Below, in pieces: positions 24,617-37,963 of a stretch of 64,000 nucleotides of DNA; position 1 is the stretch's first letter, and each line of letters begins with the position of its first letter. The notes below the pieces were generated by a model that saw nothing but the letters and a program-made list of their open reading frames with translations, did not search any database and was not told where the DNA came from. The position numbers were made by a program, and so were the translations under genes. The DNA is from Octopus vulgaris (taxonomy: Eukaryota). The stretch covers positions 18,042,001-18,106,000 of the forward strand of contig OX597815.1 in NCBI GenBank assembly GCA_951406725.2, given 5' to 3'.

Positions 24617-25034
24617 GGATCTTTTCGGTTTGAACGGCAGTTTTTTCTAGCGGTGTCATATGAAATTGTCACCCATAATTATGACCCTAGTATCAATCTA
24701 TTGCATTTCAATCTGTTTTAGGGTTAGGGTTAGGGGTAGGGGGATGGGTATCTTTTTTCTTCATAAATGTAAATAAACCCAATCTGTTTCTTAAACGAGG
24801 GACATATTCATACGGCACAGAATGTTTTCACCTCAATAGACATCTTTGATTGGTTGAAATTGCAGAAATTGAAGAAAAAAAAACAACAAATATCTTACTA
24901 ACTATAGAATTTTCTCAATAAAGCCAAGAGAAAAAGATGTTTTATACAACACATTCTACCAGTATACGAAGTTTAAAAGTGTTTAGTTACATGAAAATTA
25001 TTTAAAAAAACTGCCGTTCAAACAGAAAAGATCC
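24617..25034. mobile_element. MITE with GG termini, ~29-bp TIR and 8-bp TSD, copy 1
   Basis: TIR GGATCTTTTCGGTTTGAACGGCAGTTTTT; TSD AGACAGGG/AGACAGTG. Confidence 0.93.
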
Positions 25035-25247
25035 AGACAGTGTGTTAAAGCTGAGACACTGGAGCATGACGTGGTCCCCCAACTTGCTGGATCCTGTCTA
25101 ACTATTCTACCCATATCAGCATGGAAAGTACATAAAGTAACACTTTGGAAAATGTAATCCTGGGTTTGCTATGCCTAGAGAAAAAAGACAGGATAATCAC
25201 AGCAAGAATGCCTTTAAGAATCATAGAGATTCTCATCAGAAGCTAAC

Positions 25248-25461
25248 CTATTTCTTTATTACCCACAAGGGGCTAAACACAGAGGGGACAAACAAGGACA
25301 GACATAGGTATGAAGTCGATTACATCGACCCCAGTGCGTAACTGGTACTTAATTTATCGACCCCGAAAGGATGAAAGGCAAAGTCACCTCACATAACGCA
25401 GACAAAATAACCACTAAGCATTTCACCCGGCGTGCTAACGTTTCTGCCAGCTCACCGCCTT
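25248..25461 (-). mobile_element. SINE B monomer
   Basis: TSD TCTCATCAGAAGCTAACC. Confidence 0.9.
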
Positions 25462-25561
25462 CTCATCAGAAGCTAACCACGGACTAAACAACAACAGCAA
25501 AAGCACCACCACCCAAAACCAAGTTTCAAGGTTTGCTCACCGGTGATCTAACTTTCATTTA

Positions 25562-26040
25562 ATCATCATCGTCATTGTTCGACCGTGGTCGAGACAATGG
25601 AATTTACTATGCTACGCCAGACTTCACGGTCCATCATAGCATTATGGAGGTCCTGTTGCTGGATGCCTGTATCCCTGGAGATTACATCAGGGTAGGAGAG
25701 TGTGCGCCCTCTGGTATCGCAAGCAGATGGCTTCCCGAGGAGAAGAGTAGAAATTACCTCGTTTTCAGCTCTACAACAATGTCCAGCAAACTGGACTCTT
25801 CTACCTTTCACAAGAGATGATACAGGTGGTAATTTCCTATATATTTGTACTTTGATTGGATGATGCTTCCACGAGAGATTTTGAGCTCTCATAAGGAGGC
25901 GAGTGTAAGTTCCATCCAACCGCCTCTCAAGCTTCTTTGATAATGTCCAGGTTTCTGAGTCATATAGTAGAATTGGTTCGACTGTGGCTTTGAAGATTTT
26001 AAGTTTGAAATCTCTACTTAGATTTGATGACCAGATCTTA
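25562..26040 (-). mobile_element. RTE-clade LINE 3' end
   Basis: LLYDSETWTL..LDGTYTRLLMRAQNLSW..RRVQFAGHC..AMMDREVWR; (GAT) tail. Confidence 0.9.
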
Positions 26041-26710
26041 TTTATTTAATTGTTCATTAAAGGTCATGTAATTAGTCACCAGTACTTGGAATTTTATATT
26101 AATTTTCTACGAATCACTTGAAGTACTTAAATAATTAATCTCAATCCTTAATTTCCAAATCTAATCTTAATTTATAATAGAATTCTACTTATTAGCCAAA
26201 TTGTCCAAGTATCAAACACCTGCTTTCTATAGAAAGAATTATGAGCTTCCAAATTAAAGTATTTCGTAAAGAAAACTTCCATCCTTTAAATGTTGGTAAT
26301 TTTCCAAAAAATCATTTGCTTAGTACGTTCAAATTAGTTATCAGGTCTAACTGATGTTATGATCAAAGCTGTTCCAGTCTGGATAGAAATCTTGTTTTTT
26401 TTTTGAGACATCTTTTATCTGTTTTTAAGATAATAGGGTGAGCTTTGAGGATGTCTCCCGTGCTATTTCTAGTTTGTTGAGCTATGCATATTGGCTTCCT
26501 CAGTATCTCATTTCAATGCCATTTTATACAGAGGTATATCATATTTAAGGAAACAGAGTGTACGGACATTATAAGTTAACCATAATACTTTAACAACTAT
26601 AATTCTTAATGAGTAAGTGGTCCGTGTATTTTCAAATAATTTTCAATATAATCAAAATTTTGAAGGGCTTTAGTAAAATGTCTGTAACTTTAATGTATTG
26701 TTTGTTTGTT

Positions 26711-27127
26711 GGATCTTTTCGGTTTGAATGGCAGTTTTTAACATAATTCCTAGGTAACTAAAAAATTTTAAACTTCGTATACTGGTAGGATGTGTTTATA
26801 AAACATATTTTTCTCTTGGCTTTATTGAGAAAATTCTATAGTCTGTAAGATATTTGTTGTTTTTTTCTTCAATTTCTGCAATTTCAACCAATCAATGACG
26901 TGTATTGAGGTAAAAAAACATTCTGTGCTATATGAATATGTCCCTCGTTTAAGAAACAGATTGGGTTTATTTACATTTGTGAAGAAAAAAAGATACCCTT
27001 CCCCCCACCCCTAATCCTAACCCTAAAACAGATTGAAATGCAATAGATCTATACTAGGGTCATAATTATGGGTGACAATTTCAAATGACACCGCCAGAAA
27101 AAACTGCTTTTCAAACCACAAAGATCC
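26711..27127. mobile_element. Same MITE, copy 2 (inverted)
   Basis: TIRs; perfect TSD TGTTTGTT. Confidence 0.93.
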
Positions 27128-27619
27128 TGTTTGTTTGTTCTTTAATACCAGGTCACCTCTTATTTAATAAACCTATGATCAAAGGCATTCCAGCCTTGGC
27201 CATCCTTTCTTTTAATATACCAGAGACTATTTTAGTCAATGAAGCCTTCTTTAGTAAAACATAAATAGAATAAAATGAAAAAAACCCAAAACAAATAATA
27301 AAAAAATAAAAAAAACAAAACAAAAATACATATGGGGTATGATTTGAAGGAGCTTGGTTCCTATTTCTTGTCAGTTGAATGCTCTGAAAGAATTCTCTAT
27401 TTGTAAAATATGTCTTTGTAATTGGTTCATTTGTAAATATGCATATGGGACCAGTAGAGTACCAGGCTCCAGTCTGATCTGGCAGTGTTTCTACAGCTGG
27501 ATGCCCTTCCTAACGCCAACCACTCCGTGAGTGTAGTTAGTGGGTGCTTTTTACATGCCACTAGCACAGGTGCCAGGGGAGGCTGGCAAACGGCCACGAT
27601 CGGTTGGTGGTTTTTACAT

Positions 27620-27687
<68 letters not shown>

Positions 27688-28651
27688 CATTTATAACTTT
27701 AAAGTTTATTTGTTGCACTTTGCAAATATATGTCCTTGATTTAATAGAAAATAAATTATTTTTGCAAGGATAAATTGGAATGTTGCATGAATTTGTTCAG
27801 GAGATTCAATGCCGATTCAGTATCCGGAATCCTTTTATATTCTTTTATATTTACATGTATGTAGCATTTTACTTCCTTTATTTATTGATGACTTATTGGG
27901 TGTTGTCAAGGAACTTCATGTTAGAAAAGTTCTTCCTTTATTGTGTAACCATGGAAAATGGAGATTAGAGTTTAAATCATATTCAAATGTCCCCTGTATC
28001 AACTTGTTTAATTTTTTTTGTTTACATTTATGCATTCAGTAAAAAAAAAGTTTGATCAAGCATTCAAATAAATTGACAAATGTTTGCTTAAATCAACTTT
28101 TTCAATTTTTATCTTGACATGCACTTGTAAAATCTAGTTTTGATAACACAAGCCGTTTTTTTTTTTTTTTAATAATTAATTTAAATAACATAATTTTCAT
28201 GGGTGTTTTTTTTTTCACTTTCAAAGGAATTTTGTACAGAACCAATAAACTACACAGAGCAGTACTGAACAATTCTATTTTTGCTTTTGTATGAAAATGA
28301 AATTCTTTATTTTTTTCCCCATTAACTACTGATTTTGCACATAATTTTGTGAAGGAATATGACTTAAATTCCCGACTGTAATAATAATAATGGTAAACTT
28401 ATAGGAAACTTTGCTGTAGTAATTATTATTCCATGTCAGAGGCAGCTGCTGCATCAAAATGGTAAGTATTTTGTGAAGTATGTCTGGCTTTGACTTTGCA
28501 TTGGATCTGTTGCACATTACTCTGAAGTATTGGAAACTCATGAATGACACAGTTTCCCATTTCTCCTCCCCTGTGGATCTTACACATCATACATTCAATA
28601 CTTCATAAAATTACAAAGAAATATTCTTTAAAAATGTATTTTTCAATTTCC

Positions 28652-28943
28652 ACGTAAAAAAAACACCATTCGAGCATGATCGTTACCAGCATCGCCTTAT
28701 TGGCACCTGCGGCAGTGGCATGTGTAAAAAATTCAAGCGAGGTCATTGCCAGGGCTGCCTGACTGGCCCTGTGCCAGTGGCATGTAAAAGCACCCACTAC
28801 ACTCTCGGAGTGGTTGGCGTTAGGAAGGGCATCCAGCTGTAGTAACTCTGCCAGATCAAGATTGGAGCCTGGTGCAGCCATCTGGTTTGCCAGCCCTCAG
28901 TCATACGTCTAACCCATGCTAGCGTGGAAAGCGGATGTTAAAC

Positions 28944-28995
<52 letters not shown>
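28652..28995 (+). mobile_element. Family C retroposon
   Basis: Core and long (GAT)n tail; further copies at 27460-27620, 29708-30035 and 31561-31710. Confidence 0.87.
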
Positions 28996-28997
<2 letters not shown>

Positions 28998-30091
28998 ATT
29001 ATGTTAACCAGCCCCAGCTTGTTCACAACCCACTGGCTGGAACTAGTAAAAGTGCAAACATGATCCATTAATCAATAGAACAGGTTTCATTAAGGCATTG
29101 AGATAGAAGAATCGTTAGCATGCCAGGCAAAATGCTTAGCAGCATTTCATCCATTTTTACATTCTGAGTTCAAACTCTGCTGAGGTCACCTTTGTTTTTC
29201 ATCATTTCGGGGTCAATAAAATAAGTACCAGTTGAACACTGAGGTCAATGCAACTGACTTAGCCCACCCCTCCAGCCTTCTGGCCTTGTACCAAAATTTG
29301 AAACCAATGTTACCGAATTCATTCCTAAAGAAGTCTTCAGTCAAAGGTCAGGCACTGGCATTGCCTTCCCAGCCACATGATCTCAGATTCAGTCCCACTG
29401 TATGACTTTGGGAAAGGGTCTTCTACTATTGCTCAGGGCCAACCAAAACTTTGGCAAATGTAAACTGAAAGAAGACCTTTGTATAAATATAAGTGTCTAT
29501 ATATGTATGTGTGTGTGTGTGTGTGTGTTTGTGTCTGTTTCCCTCGCCACTTCACAACTGGTGATGGTTTGTTTATGTCACCATAATTTAGCTGTTTGGT
29601 GCAAAAGTGACTGATGGAATAAGTATCAGACTTTAAGACTTTTATTTGATTAAAACCCTTCAAAGTAGTGTCCCAGCATGGCTGCAGTCCAATCACTGAA
29701 ATATCTTCATCATCATCGTTTAACGTCCGCTTTCCATACTAGCATGGGTTGGACGATTTCGACAGAGGGCTGGCGAACCAGATGGCTGCACCAGGCTCCA
29801 GTCTTGATTTGGCAGAGTTTCTACAGCTGGATGCCCTTCCTAACACTAACCACTCCGAGAGTGTAGTGGGTGCTTTTTACGTGCCACCAACACGGGAGCC
29901 AGTCAGGTGGTACTGGCAACGACTTCGCTTGAATCTTTTTACACATGCCACCAGCACAGGTGCCAGTAAGGTGATGCTGGTAACGATCACACTCGAATGG
30001 TGCCTTTTAAGTGCCACTGGCACAGAAGCCGGTTGATGAGCAGTATGTTGTAAGTGGCAATCCATAGTCTTTATTACTAAAGACAACTCTC

Positions 30092-30504
30092 TATTTTTAC
30101 TCTTTACTCTTTTACTTGTTTCAGTCATTTGACTGCGGCCATGCTGGAGCACCGCCTTTAGTCAAGCAAATCGGCCCTGGGACTTATTCTTTGTAAGCCC
30201 AGTACTTATTCTATCGGTCTCTTTTGCCGAACCACTAAGTGACGGGGACGTAAACACACCAGCATCGGTTGTCAAGCAATGCTAGAGGGACAAACACAGA
30301 CACACAAACACACACACATATATACATATATATACATATATACGACAGGCTTCTTTCAGTTTCCGTCTACCAAATTCACTCACAAGGCATTGGTCGGCCC
30401 GGGGCTATAGCAGAAGACACTTGCCCAAGATGCCACGCAGTGGGACTGAACCCAGAACCATGTGGTTGGTTAGCAAGCTACTTACTACACAGCCACTCCT
30501 ATAC

Positions 30505-30535
<31 letters not shown>

Positions 30536-30541
30536 CATACA

Positions 30542-30575
<34 letters not shown>

Positions 30576-31050
30576 CATACACACATACATACATACATAC
30601 ATACATACATACATACATACAAACATACATACATACATACATACATACATACATACATACATAGAGGTGTGGCTGTGTGGTTACAAGCTTGCTTAAGAGC
30701 CACATGGTCCTGGTTTCAGTCTCACTGCATGGTACTTTGGGTAAGTGTTTTCTACTATAGCCTCAGGCTGAGTAATGCCTTGTGAGTGGATCTGATAGAG
30801 GGAAACTGAAAGAAGCCTGTCATATATATATATATATGTCTGCCTCCATGTGTGTGTGTGTGTGTGAGTGTGTTTTTCCTCCCATCACTGCTTAACAACT
30901 AATGTTGGTGTGCTTACGTTCTTGTAACTTAGCACTTCGGCAAAAGAGACTGATAAAATAAGTTCTGGGGTTGATTTCTTTCAACTAGAACCCTTTAAGG
31001 TGGTGCTCATGCATTGTTACAGTCAAATGACTGAGACAAAAGAGTAAAAA
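30092..31050. mobile_element. Two SINE A copies head-to-head around (TACA)n
   Basis: 30092-30501 (-) and 30664-31050 (+). Confidence 0.85.
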
Positions 31051-31055
31051 AGTAT

Positions 31056-31102
<47 letters not shown>

Positions 31103-31112
31103 TATATATATG

Positions 31113-31171
<59 letters not shown>

Positions 31172-31473
31172 TTGAGGGAATATTACTCCTAACTTACAGG
31201 GAAAAATTCAATTTAGAAATACTAAATCAAATTTCACAATTTATAATATATATATATAAATTAGAAAAAACCCACCATTTATCAATACAAAATGAACAAT
31301 TAAATTACATCATCTAGAAAATTACATACTGATGATTAAGTAATGTGCAAAATAATAAATAGAATAATAAATAAATAAATATATATTTAGTAATAGATAA
31401 ATTTACAGATAAATTTCCTCTATTTACATAATATTGAGGTCTCTTTCTTTCTTTTGTTATCTTACCGTTTTTA

Positions 31474-31521
<48 letters not shown>

Positions 31522-31917
31522 CACTTGTGCATGAAATTATAATCACACACGTTCACATCTATCATCATCATCATCATCATCGTTTAATGTCCGCTTTCCA
31601 TGCTAGCATGCGTTGGATGATTTGACTGAGGTCTGGCAAACCAGATGGCTGCACTAGACTCCGATCTGATCTGGCAGAGTTTCTACAGCTGGATGCCCTT
31701 CTTAACGCCATAGATGATATATTTAGTTTTTGGTAGGTATAAGAAAATGTCGTGTTTATAGGTGAGTAGTGCTTTTGGCATATAAAATATGAGTTGCTGC
31801 TTGCTTCTCTATGGCATTTCTGAACAAACATTTATTAAAGCACTCTGATTAATGGGGTTTGTCTGCTGCAGGTGCAATGTAAATCAGGAAGATTAATTGA
31901 ATTTGGGGAAGTTAAGA

Positions 31918-32000
<83 letters not shown>

Positions 32001-32011
32001 TAATAATAATG

Positions 32012-32051
<40 letters not shown>

Positions 32052-32084
32052 TGATTTCTTTTATTGGCCACAATAATGATAATA

Positions 32085-32884
32085 ATTCTTTCCACTATAG
32101 GTCCAAAGCCTGGAATTTGGGAGAAGGAGATAGCCAATTAAATTGACCCCAGTATTCAGCCACTACTTATTTTATTGACCCCTTAAGGATGAAAGGCTAA
32201 GTTGACCTTGGTGGAATTTTAATGGAGAAACATGAAGACAGACAAAATACTGCTAAGCATTTCGCCCACCGTGCTAATGATTCTGCCTTAAGGAATAATA
32301 ATCCTTTCTACTATGGGCACAAGGCCTGAAATTTGGGGGGAGGGATTAAGTTGCTTGCATTGACCCCAGTGTGTAACTGGTACTTATTTAATTGACACTA
32401 AAAAGGATGAAAGGCAACATTGACCTTGGCAGAATTTGAACTCAGAACATGAATAATAATAATGGTTTTAAATTTTGGAACAAGGCCAGCAATTTCGGCA
32501 GAGAGGATAAGTTGATTATATTAACTCCAGTACCCAACTGGTACTTATTTTATCGACCCTGAAAGGATGAAAGGTTAAGTCTACCTTGGTCGAATTTGAA
32601 CTCCGAACATAAAGATGGATGAAATGCCATTAAATATTTTGCTTGACATGGGAATGATTCTGCTAGCTCACCACCTTAATAATTCTTTCTATTATAGGTA
32701 GAAGGCCCGAAATTCGGGGTGGGGGAATGAGTCAATTACATCAACCCCAGCGTTTCACTGGTACTTAATTTATCAACCCCGAAACAATGAAAAGCAAAGT
32801 CGACCTCAGTGGAATTTGAACTCACAACATAGCAACAGGTGAAATACCGCTAAGCATTTTGACTGGCGTGCTAACTATTCTGCC

Positions 32885-32885
<1 letters not shown>
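32085..32885 (-). mobile_element. Cluster of four older SINE B-related copies joined by (AAT) spacers
   Basis: Repeated GGATGAAAGG..GAATTTGAACTC core with alternative tail CTATAGG..AAGGCCTGAAATTT. Confidence 0.8.
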
Positions 32886-32915
<30 letters not shown>

Positions 32916-33486
32916 GAGCACTCAGAGAGCGCAAATCTCTGCCAAAGCAACACCAACGTCCTTTCAACGATTAGTCAGAGATGAATTTGGGTAGTAAAGA
33001 AATAAGTATTTAGTCTGTCAGTGCGTTCTGAGTTCAAATCTGCCGAGGTCGACTTTGCCTTTCATCCTTTCGAGGTTGATTTAATCGACTGACTCCCTCT
33101 CACAAAATTTCGGGCCTTGTGCCTAGAGTAGAAAAGATTATTGTTCTGTGTAGGATAATCTTGGTTTTGAATTTCCTTTTTCCTTTCTGGGTTCGAGGTT
33201 TGTGGCCAGGAATTTTCGCACAAAGCGACCATACTCTCATTCTGGGATATTCTAATCTACACAGATAAGAAGATCAACGATAACTGGTTGGAAATTGTCA
33301 TCGAGGACAACTGGGAAAGAAATGTTTCTTGATCGCAGTACAATAGACAATTATTCGCCGCACAAAATATATAAAAAGGAGAAATTCTCTCCATAGAATG
33401 TCTAGCAACTCATAACCAGAGTGCATAGGCTAAATAAAGAAACAATCCCTATAATGATAGATGACTTGGGAATGTTAAAAGTATAT

Positions 33487-34152
33487 ATTTCTTTACTACC
33501 CACAAGGGGCTAAACATAGAGGGGACAAACAAGGACAGACAAACGGATTAAGTCGATTATATCGACCGCAGTGCGTAACTGGTACTTATTTAATCGGCCA
33601 CGAAAGGATGAAAGGCAAAGTCGACCTCGGCGGAATTTGATCCCAGAACGTAACGGCAGATGAAATACCGCAAAGCATTTCACCCGGCGTGCTAACGTTT
33701 CTTATTTCTTTATTGCCCACAAGGGGCTAAACATAGAGGGGAGAAACAGGGACAGACAAAGGGATGAAGTCGATTGCATCGACTCCAGTGCGTAACTGGT
33801 ACTTAATTTATCGACCCCAAAAAGGATGAAAGGCAAAGTCGACCTTGGCGGAATTTGAACTCAGAACGTAACGGCAGATGAAATACCGCAAAGCATTTCA
33901 CCCGGCGTGCTAACGTTTCTTATTTCTTTATTGCCCACAAGGGGCTAAACATAGAGGGGAGAAACAGGGACAGACAAAGGGATGAAGTCGATTGCATCGA
34001 CTCCAGTGCGTAACTGGTACTTAATTTATCGACCCCGAAAGGATGAAAGGCAAAGTCGACCTCGACGGAATTTGAACTCAGAACGTAACGGCAGATGAAA
34101 TACCGCAAAGCATTTCGCCCGGCGTGCTAACGCTTCTGCCAGCTCGCCGCCT
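33487..34152 (-). mobile_element. SINE B trimer
   Basis: ~25-bp TSD TGACTTGGGAATGTTA..AGTATAT at 33462-33486 and 34154-34178. Confidence 0.92.
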
Positions 34153-34344
34153 TTGACTTGGGAATGTTACGAGTATATGTCGACCAGTACTTAACCTAAA
34201 ACTCCAGGACTATAGAATATGCACGATTTACTGACTGTAAGACTAGACTAGTTTTGTGTATAGCACTATCAATACAATATGAGATGTGGAAAAGAACAGA
34301 GCGCTGCACATACCCAGAGCTGTATATGTAAATGATATGGTCAT

Positions 34345-35100
34345 CACTACCACCACGGCCACGACCACGACCACCACCACCACCACCACCACCAGCGGCG
34401 GCAGACGCAGCAGCAGCTTCAGCACCACCACCACCATCACACCACCATTCACCAGCATCACCATCAATACAAACACAACTATGGCAACCACCACCGCCAT
34501 CGCCACCACCACCGCTGCCGCCGCCACTCCGACAACGACGACGACGACCACCACCACCACCACCACCACCACTACCACCACCACTACCACCACCACCACC
34601 ACCACTGCCACCACTACTACCACCACTACCACCATCACTACCACCACTACCACCACTACCACCACCACCACCACCACCACCACTACCACCACCACCACCA
34701 CCACCACCACCACCACCACCACCACCACCACCACCACCACCACCACCACTACCACCACTACCACCACCACTGCCACCACTATCACTACCACTACCACCAC
34801 CACCACCACCACCACCACCACCACCACCACCACCACCAACCACCACCACTACCACAACTACCACCACCACTACCACCACCACCACCACCACCAACCACCA
34901 CTACCACCACCACTGCCACCACTATCACTACCACTACCACACACCACCACCACCACCACCACTACCACCACCACCACCACCACCACCACCACCACCACCA
35001 CCAACCACCACCACTACCATCACTACCACCACCGCCACCACCACCACCACCACCACCACTACCACCACCACCACCACCACCACCACCACCACCACCACCA
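34345..35100. repeat. (CCA)n/(CTA) microsatellite
   Basis: Direct reading; source of the poly-T/P/G/V ORFs. Confidence 0.97.
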
Positions 35101-35142
35101 AACAGCGACAACATTTAAATATGATCATGAAAAAACAATATC

Positions 35143-35173
<31 letters not shown>

Positions 35174-35499
35174 CCATCAACAACTACTTCTTCTTCATCA
35201 ATGCCGGAATGTTTGTTGTTTCCATGTTCAGTGGCAGCAATGATAATAATCGATAGATGTATAAATGATACAGCATTGGGGGGAAAAAAAAAAAAAAGAG
35301 CCGAGTCAATAAAACCAGCCACAAATGTCAATGTCTTTGCCTGACTAACATAACCAACCAAATGTTCCACTAACTAAAAATATGTCACAGTCGTAAGTTC
35401 TGGAGACACATACGTGTTACATGATCGAACTGAAGGCGAGAGGGCAAAACGAGACATAGGGGGAGAAGGTGGAAAAAGGAAAGAAAAGAGCCCCCAAAA

Positions 35500-36780
35500 A
35501 ACTTGTGAGAGGATTTGTTAGATGGAAACTGAAAGAAGCCCGCCGTGTGTATATTTGTGTGTGTGTGTGTGTGTTTTTGTGTCTTTGTATCTGTCACTCA
35601 CTACCACTTGGTAATCTGTGTTGGGTTGTCTACGGCCCTGTAACTTAGCTTGCTTACCAACCATGTGGTTCCGGGTTCAGTCCCATTGCGTGATGGTACC
35701 TTGGGCATGTGTCTTCTACTATAGCCTCGAGCCGACCCAAGCTTTGTTAGTGGATTTGGTAGACGGAAACTGAAAGAAGCCCGTCGTATATATATATATA
35801 TATATATATATATACGACGGGCTTCTTTATATATAAACAATTTATCAAATATAGGATAAAATATTTCGAAAAAAATTTTATCAATGGTGAGCATATTAAA
35901 AAAATACCTTTAAGGTTAAATTTATAAACAATTTATAAGTAAGGGCAAAAGAAAAAATTTCTAATGCCAAAATATGCCAAAAATAGACACAACGTCAATA
36001 ACCATTATAATTCATCACTACATTAGTGATATTATATATATGTATGTGTGTGTGTATGTGTGTGTGTGTGTGTATGTGTGTCTGTCCCCCCACCATCGCT
36101 TGACAACCGATGCTGGTGTGTTCACGCCCCCCGTAAGCTAGCGGTTCGGTAAAGAGATCGATAGAATAGTAGTACTAGGCTTACAAAGAATAAGTCCTGG
36201 GATTGGTTTATTCGACTAAAGGCGGTGCTTGAGCATGGCCGCAGTCAAGGCTTTACTCGGCCTGAGGCTATAGTAGAAAACACTTAGCCAAAATCCCACG
36301 CAGTGAGACTGAACCCAGGACCATGTGGCTCTTAAGCAAGCTTCTAACCACACAGCCACACCTCTATGTATGTATGTATGTATGTATGTATGTATGTATG
36401 TATGTATGTATACTCTCTTTTACTCTTTTACTTGTTTCAGTCATTTTGACTGTGGCCATACTGGAGCACCACCTTTAGTCGAACAAATCGACCCCAGGAC
36501 TTATTCTTTGTAAGCCTAGTACTTATTCTATATCGGTGTCTTTTGCCGAACCCATAAGTTACGGGGACGTAAATACACCAGCATCGGTTGTCAAGCGCTG
36601 CTGGAGGGACAAACACAAACATATACACACACATACATATATATATATATACATATATACGACGGGTTTCTTTCAGTTTCGTCTACCAAATCCACTCACA
36701 AGGCTTTGGTTGACTCGAGGCTATAGTAGAAGACACTTGCCCAAGGTGCCACGCAGTGGGACTGAACCCAGAACCATGTG
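35500..36780. mobile_element. Jumble of SINE A fragments in both orientations
   Basis: Several partial family A heads and tails; near-full minus copy at 36410-36780. Confidence 0.8.
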
Positions 36781-37024
36781 TGTAGTGGCTACCGATGTAT
36801 GTATATAAAGTTTACTTGGTTAATTAGTAGTTGAATGTGGGTGCAAGAGTGGTAGTAGCGAGTTAGTCCTCGAGAGTTTTGAAAGCACAGAGGCAGATTT
36901 GGAAGAGAAAACGGACGGAATAACAATTAAACGGGGCAAGCAGATTGGTAAGCACAAGCCATTGCAGATTGACAATCGAAAGTGCAAACTTAGTGGTGGT
37001 TCATTCACCTGCTGACAGGTGACG

Positions 37025-37410
37025 GTCGTTTAGAAAAAGCGCGGGCTAAAAATACGCGCCTTCACTAGTCAGTTAAGGTGAGACAGTGTCACGTGACAAC
37101 TTGCTGGGGCTGCCCTTTGGAGCCTAGCGGCAGGTATTTAAAGGGGGGAAAATTTGACAAGACAGTCAATCACCGGCTGACACTCGCTGACGATACATCG
37201 AAGAGGCCAGGGAACAGAAGAAAGAAGACGTGCACCCAACACCAGAGCTGAAGACATCTCCGAAAGGGGGAGGGGGGGGGCACCACGTCAAAACGGTAGA
37301 GGAGTAGGGGCCGAAACCGGACGTGATTCCTCCTGATGATGTCTTGAGCGAACTGGATCCTATAAAGGAGCTGTTGTGGTAGCAGACCACCAAACACGGT
37401 TGTAATTCCT
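37025..37410 (+). mobile_element. LTR/pLTR-like interspersed repeat, copy 2
   Basis: Homologous to 7325-7703. Confidence 0.7.
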
Positions 37411-37963
37411 CAATACTCTGGGTGTGCGGAGGTAGGAACTAATTGCCATTTGAAAACGTTCTGCATAGATGTGACGAACAGTAGTAGGGGCAGCAACCAG
37501 AACAGCTGGCCCCAAGCCCGAAGTTCATGAAAATCATAATTACTTTTATCGATGTTTCTAGATCGTGGAAGGTTATAAATCTGGAGATGCCCTGAGCAGA
37601 AGCAAAGGCTCCCGCAGTACCACAAATCCAGAGATCAATGTAGTAGGGTACCTCAAAGCTACGAAGACTTCTCCCCCAGGAAAGGCACCGAGAATTAGTT
37701 TCGTGCCGTAGACTTTTTGGCGATGGGGAGGAGATGAATTGCAGAAAAGAGTGGGAAACAGTGGGGGCCAGTAAATAGGCTCAATCTAATTCGTTAGAGC
37801 AGTATTTCTTCTACTCTCTGCACCACGGGTTCAAATCCTGCCGGTCAACGATGCCTCATTTCAACCATTCGGGAGTCAATCAATGGTGACATGAAATACC
37901 CCACCTATCCACACACCTGCAGAGTCTGGGATCCTCGGGTGTCCGAATCAGCAAGCAAAAACC

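Noticed and set aside
24715-24750. TTAGGG run as a telomere or fusion scar
   Set aside because: Only 2-3 units, and an internal part of a MITE present three times
34196-35344. 352-aa mucin-like and 303-aa proline-rich ORFs
   Set aside because: (CCA)n is stop-free in most frames; no domain or splice evidence
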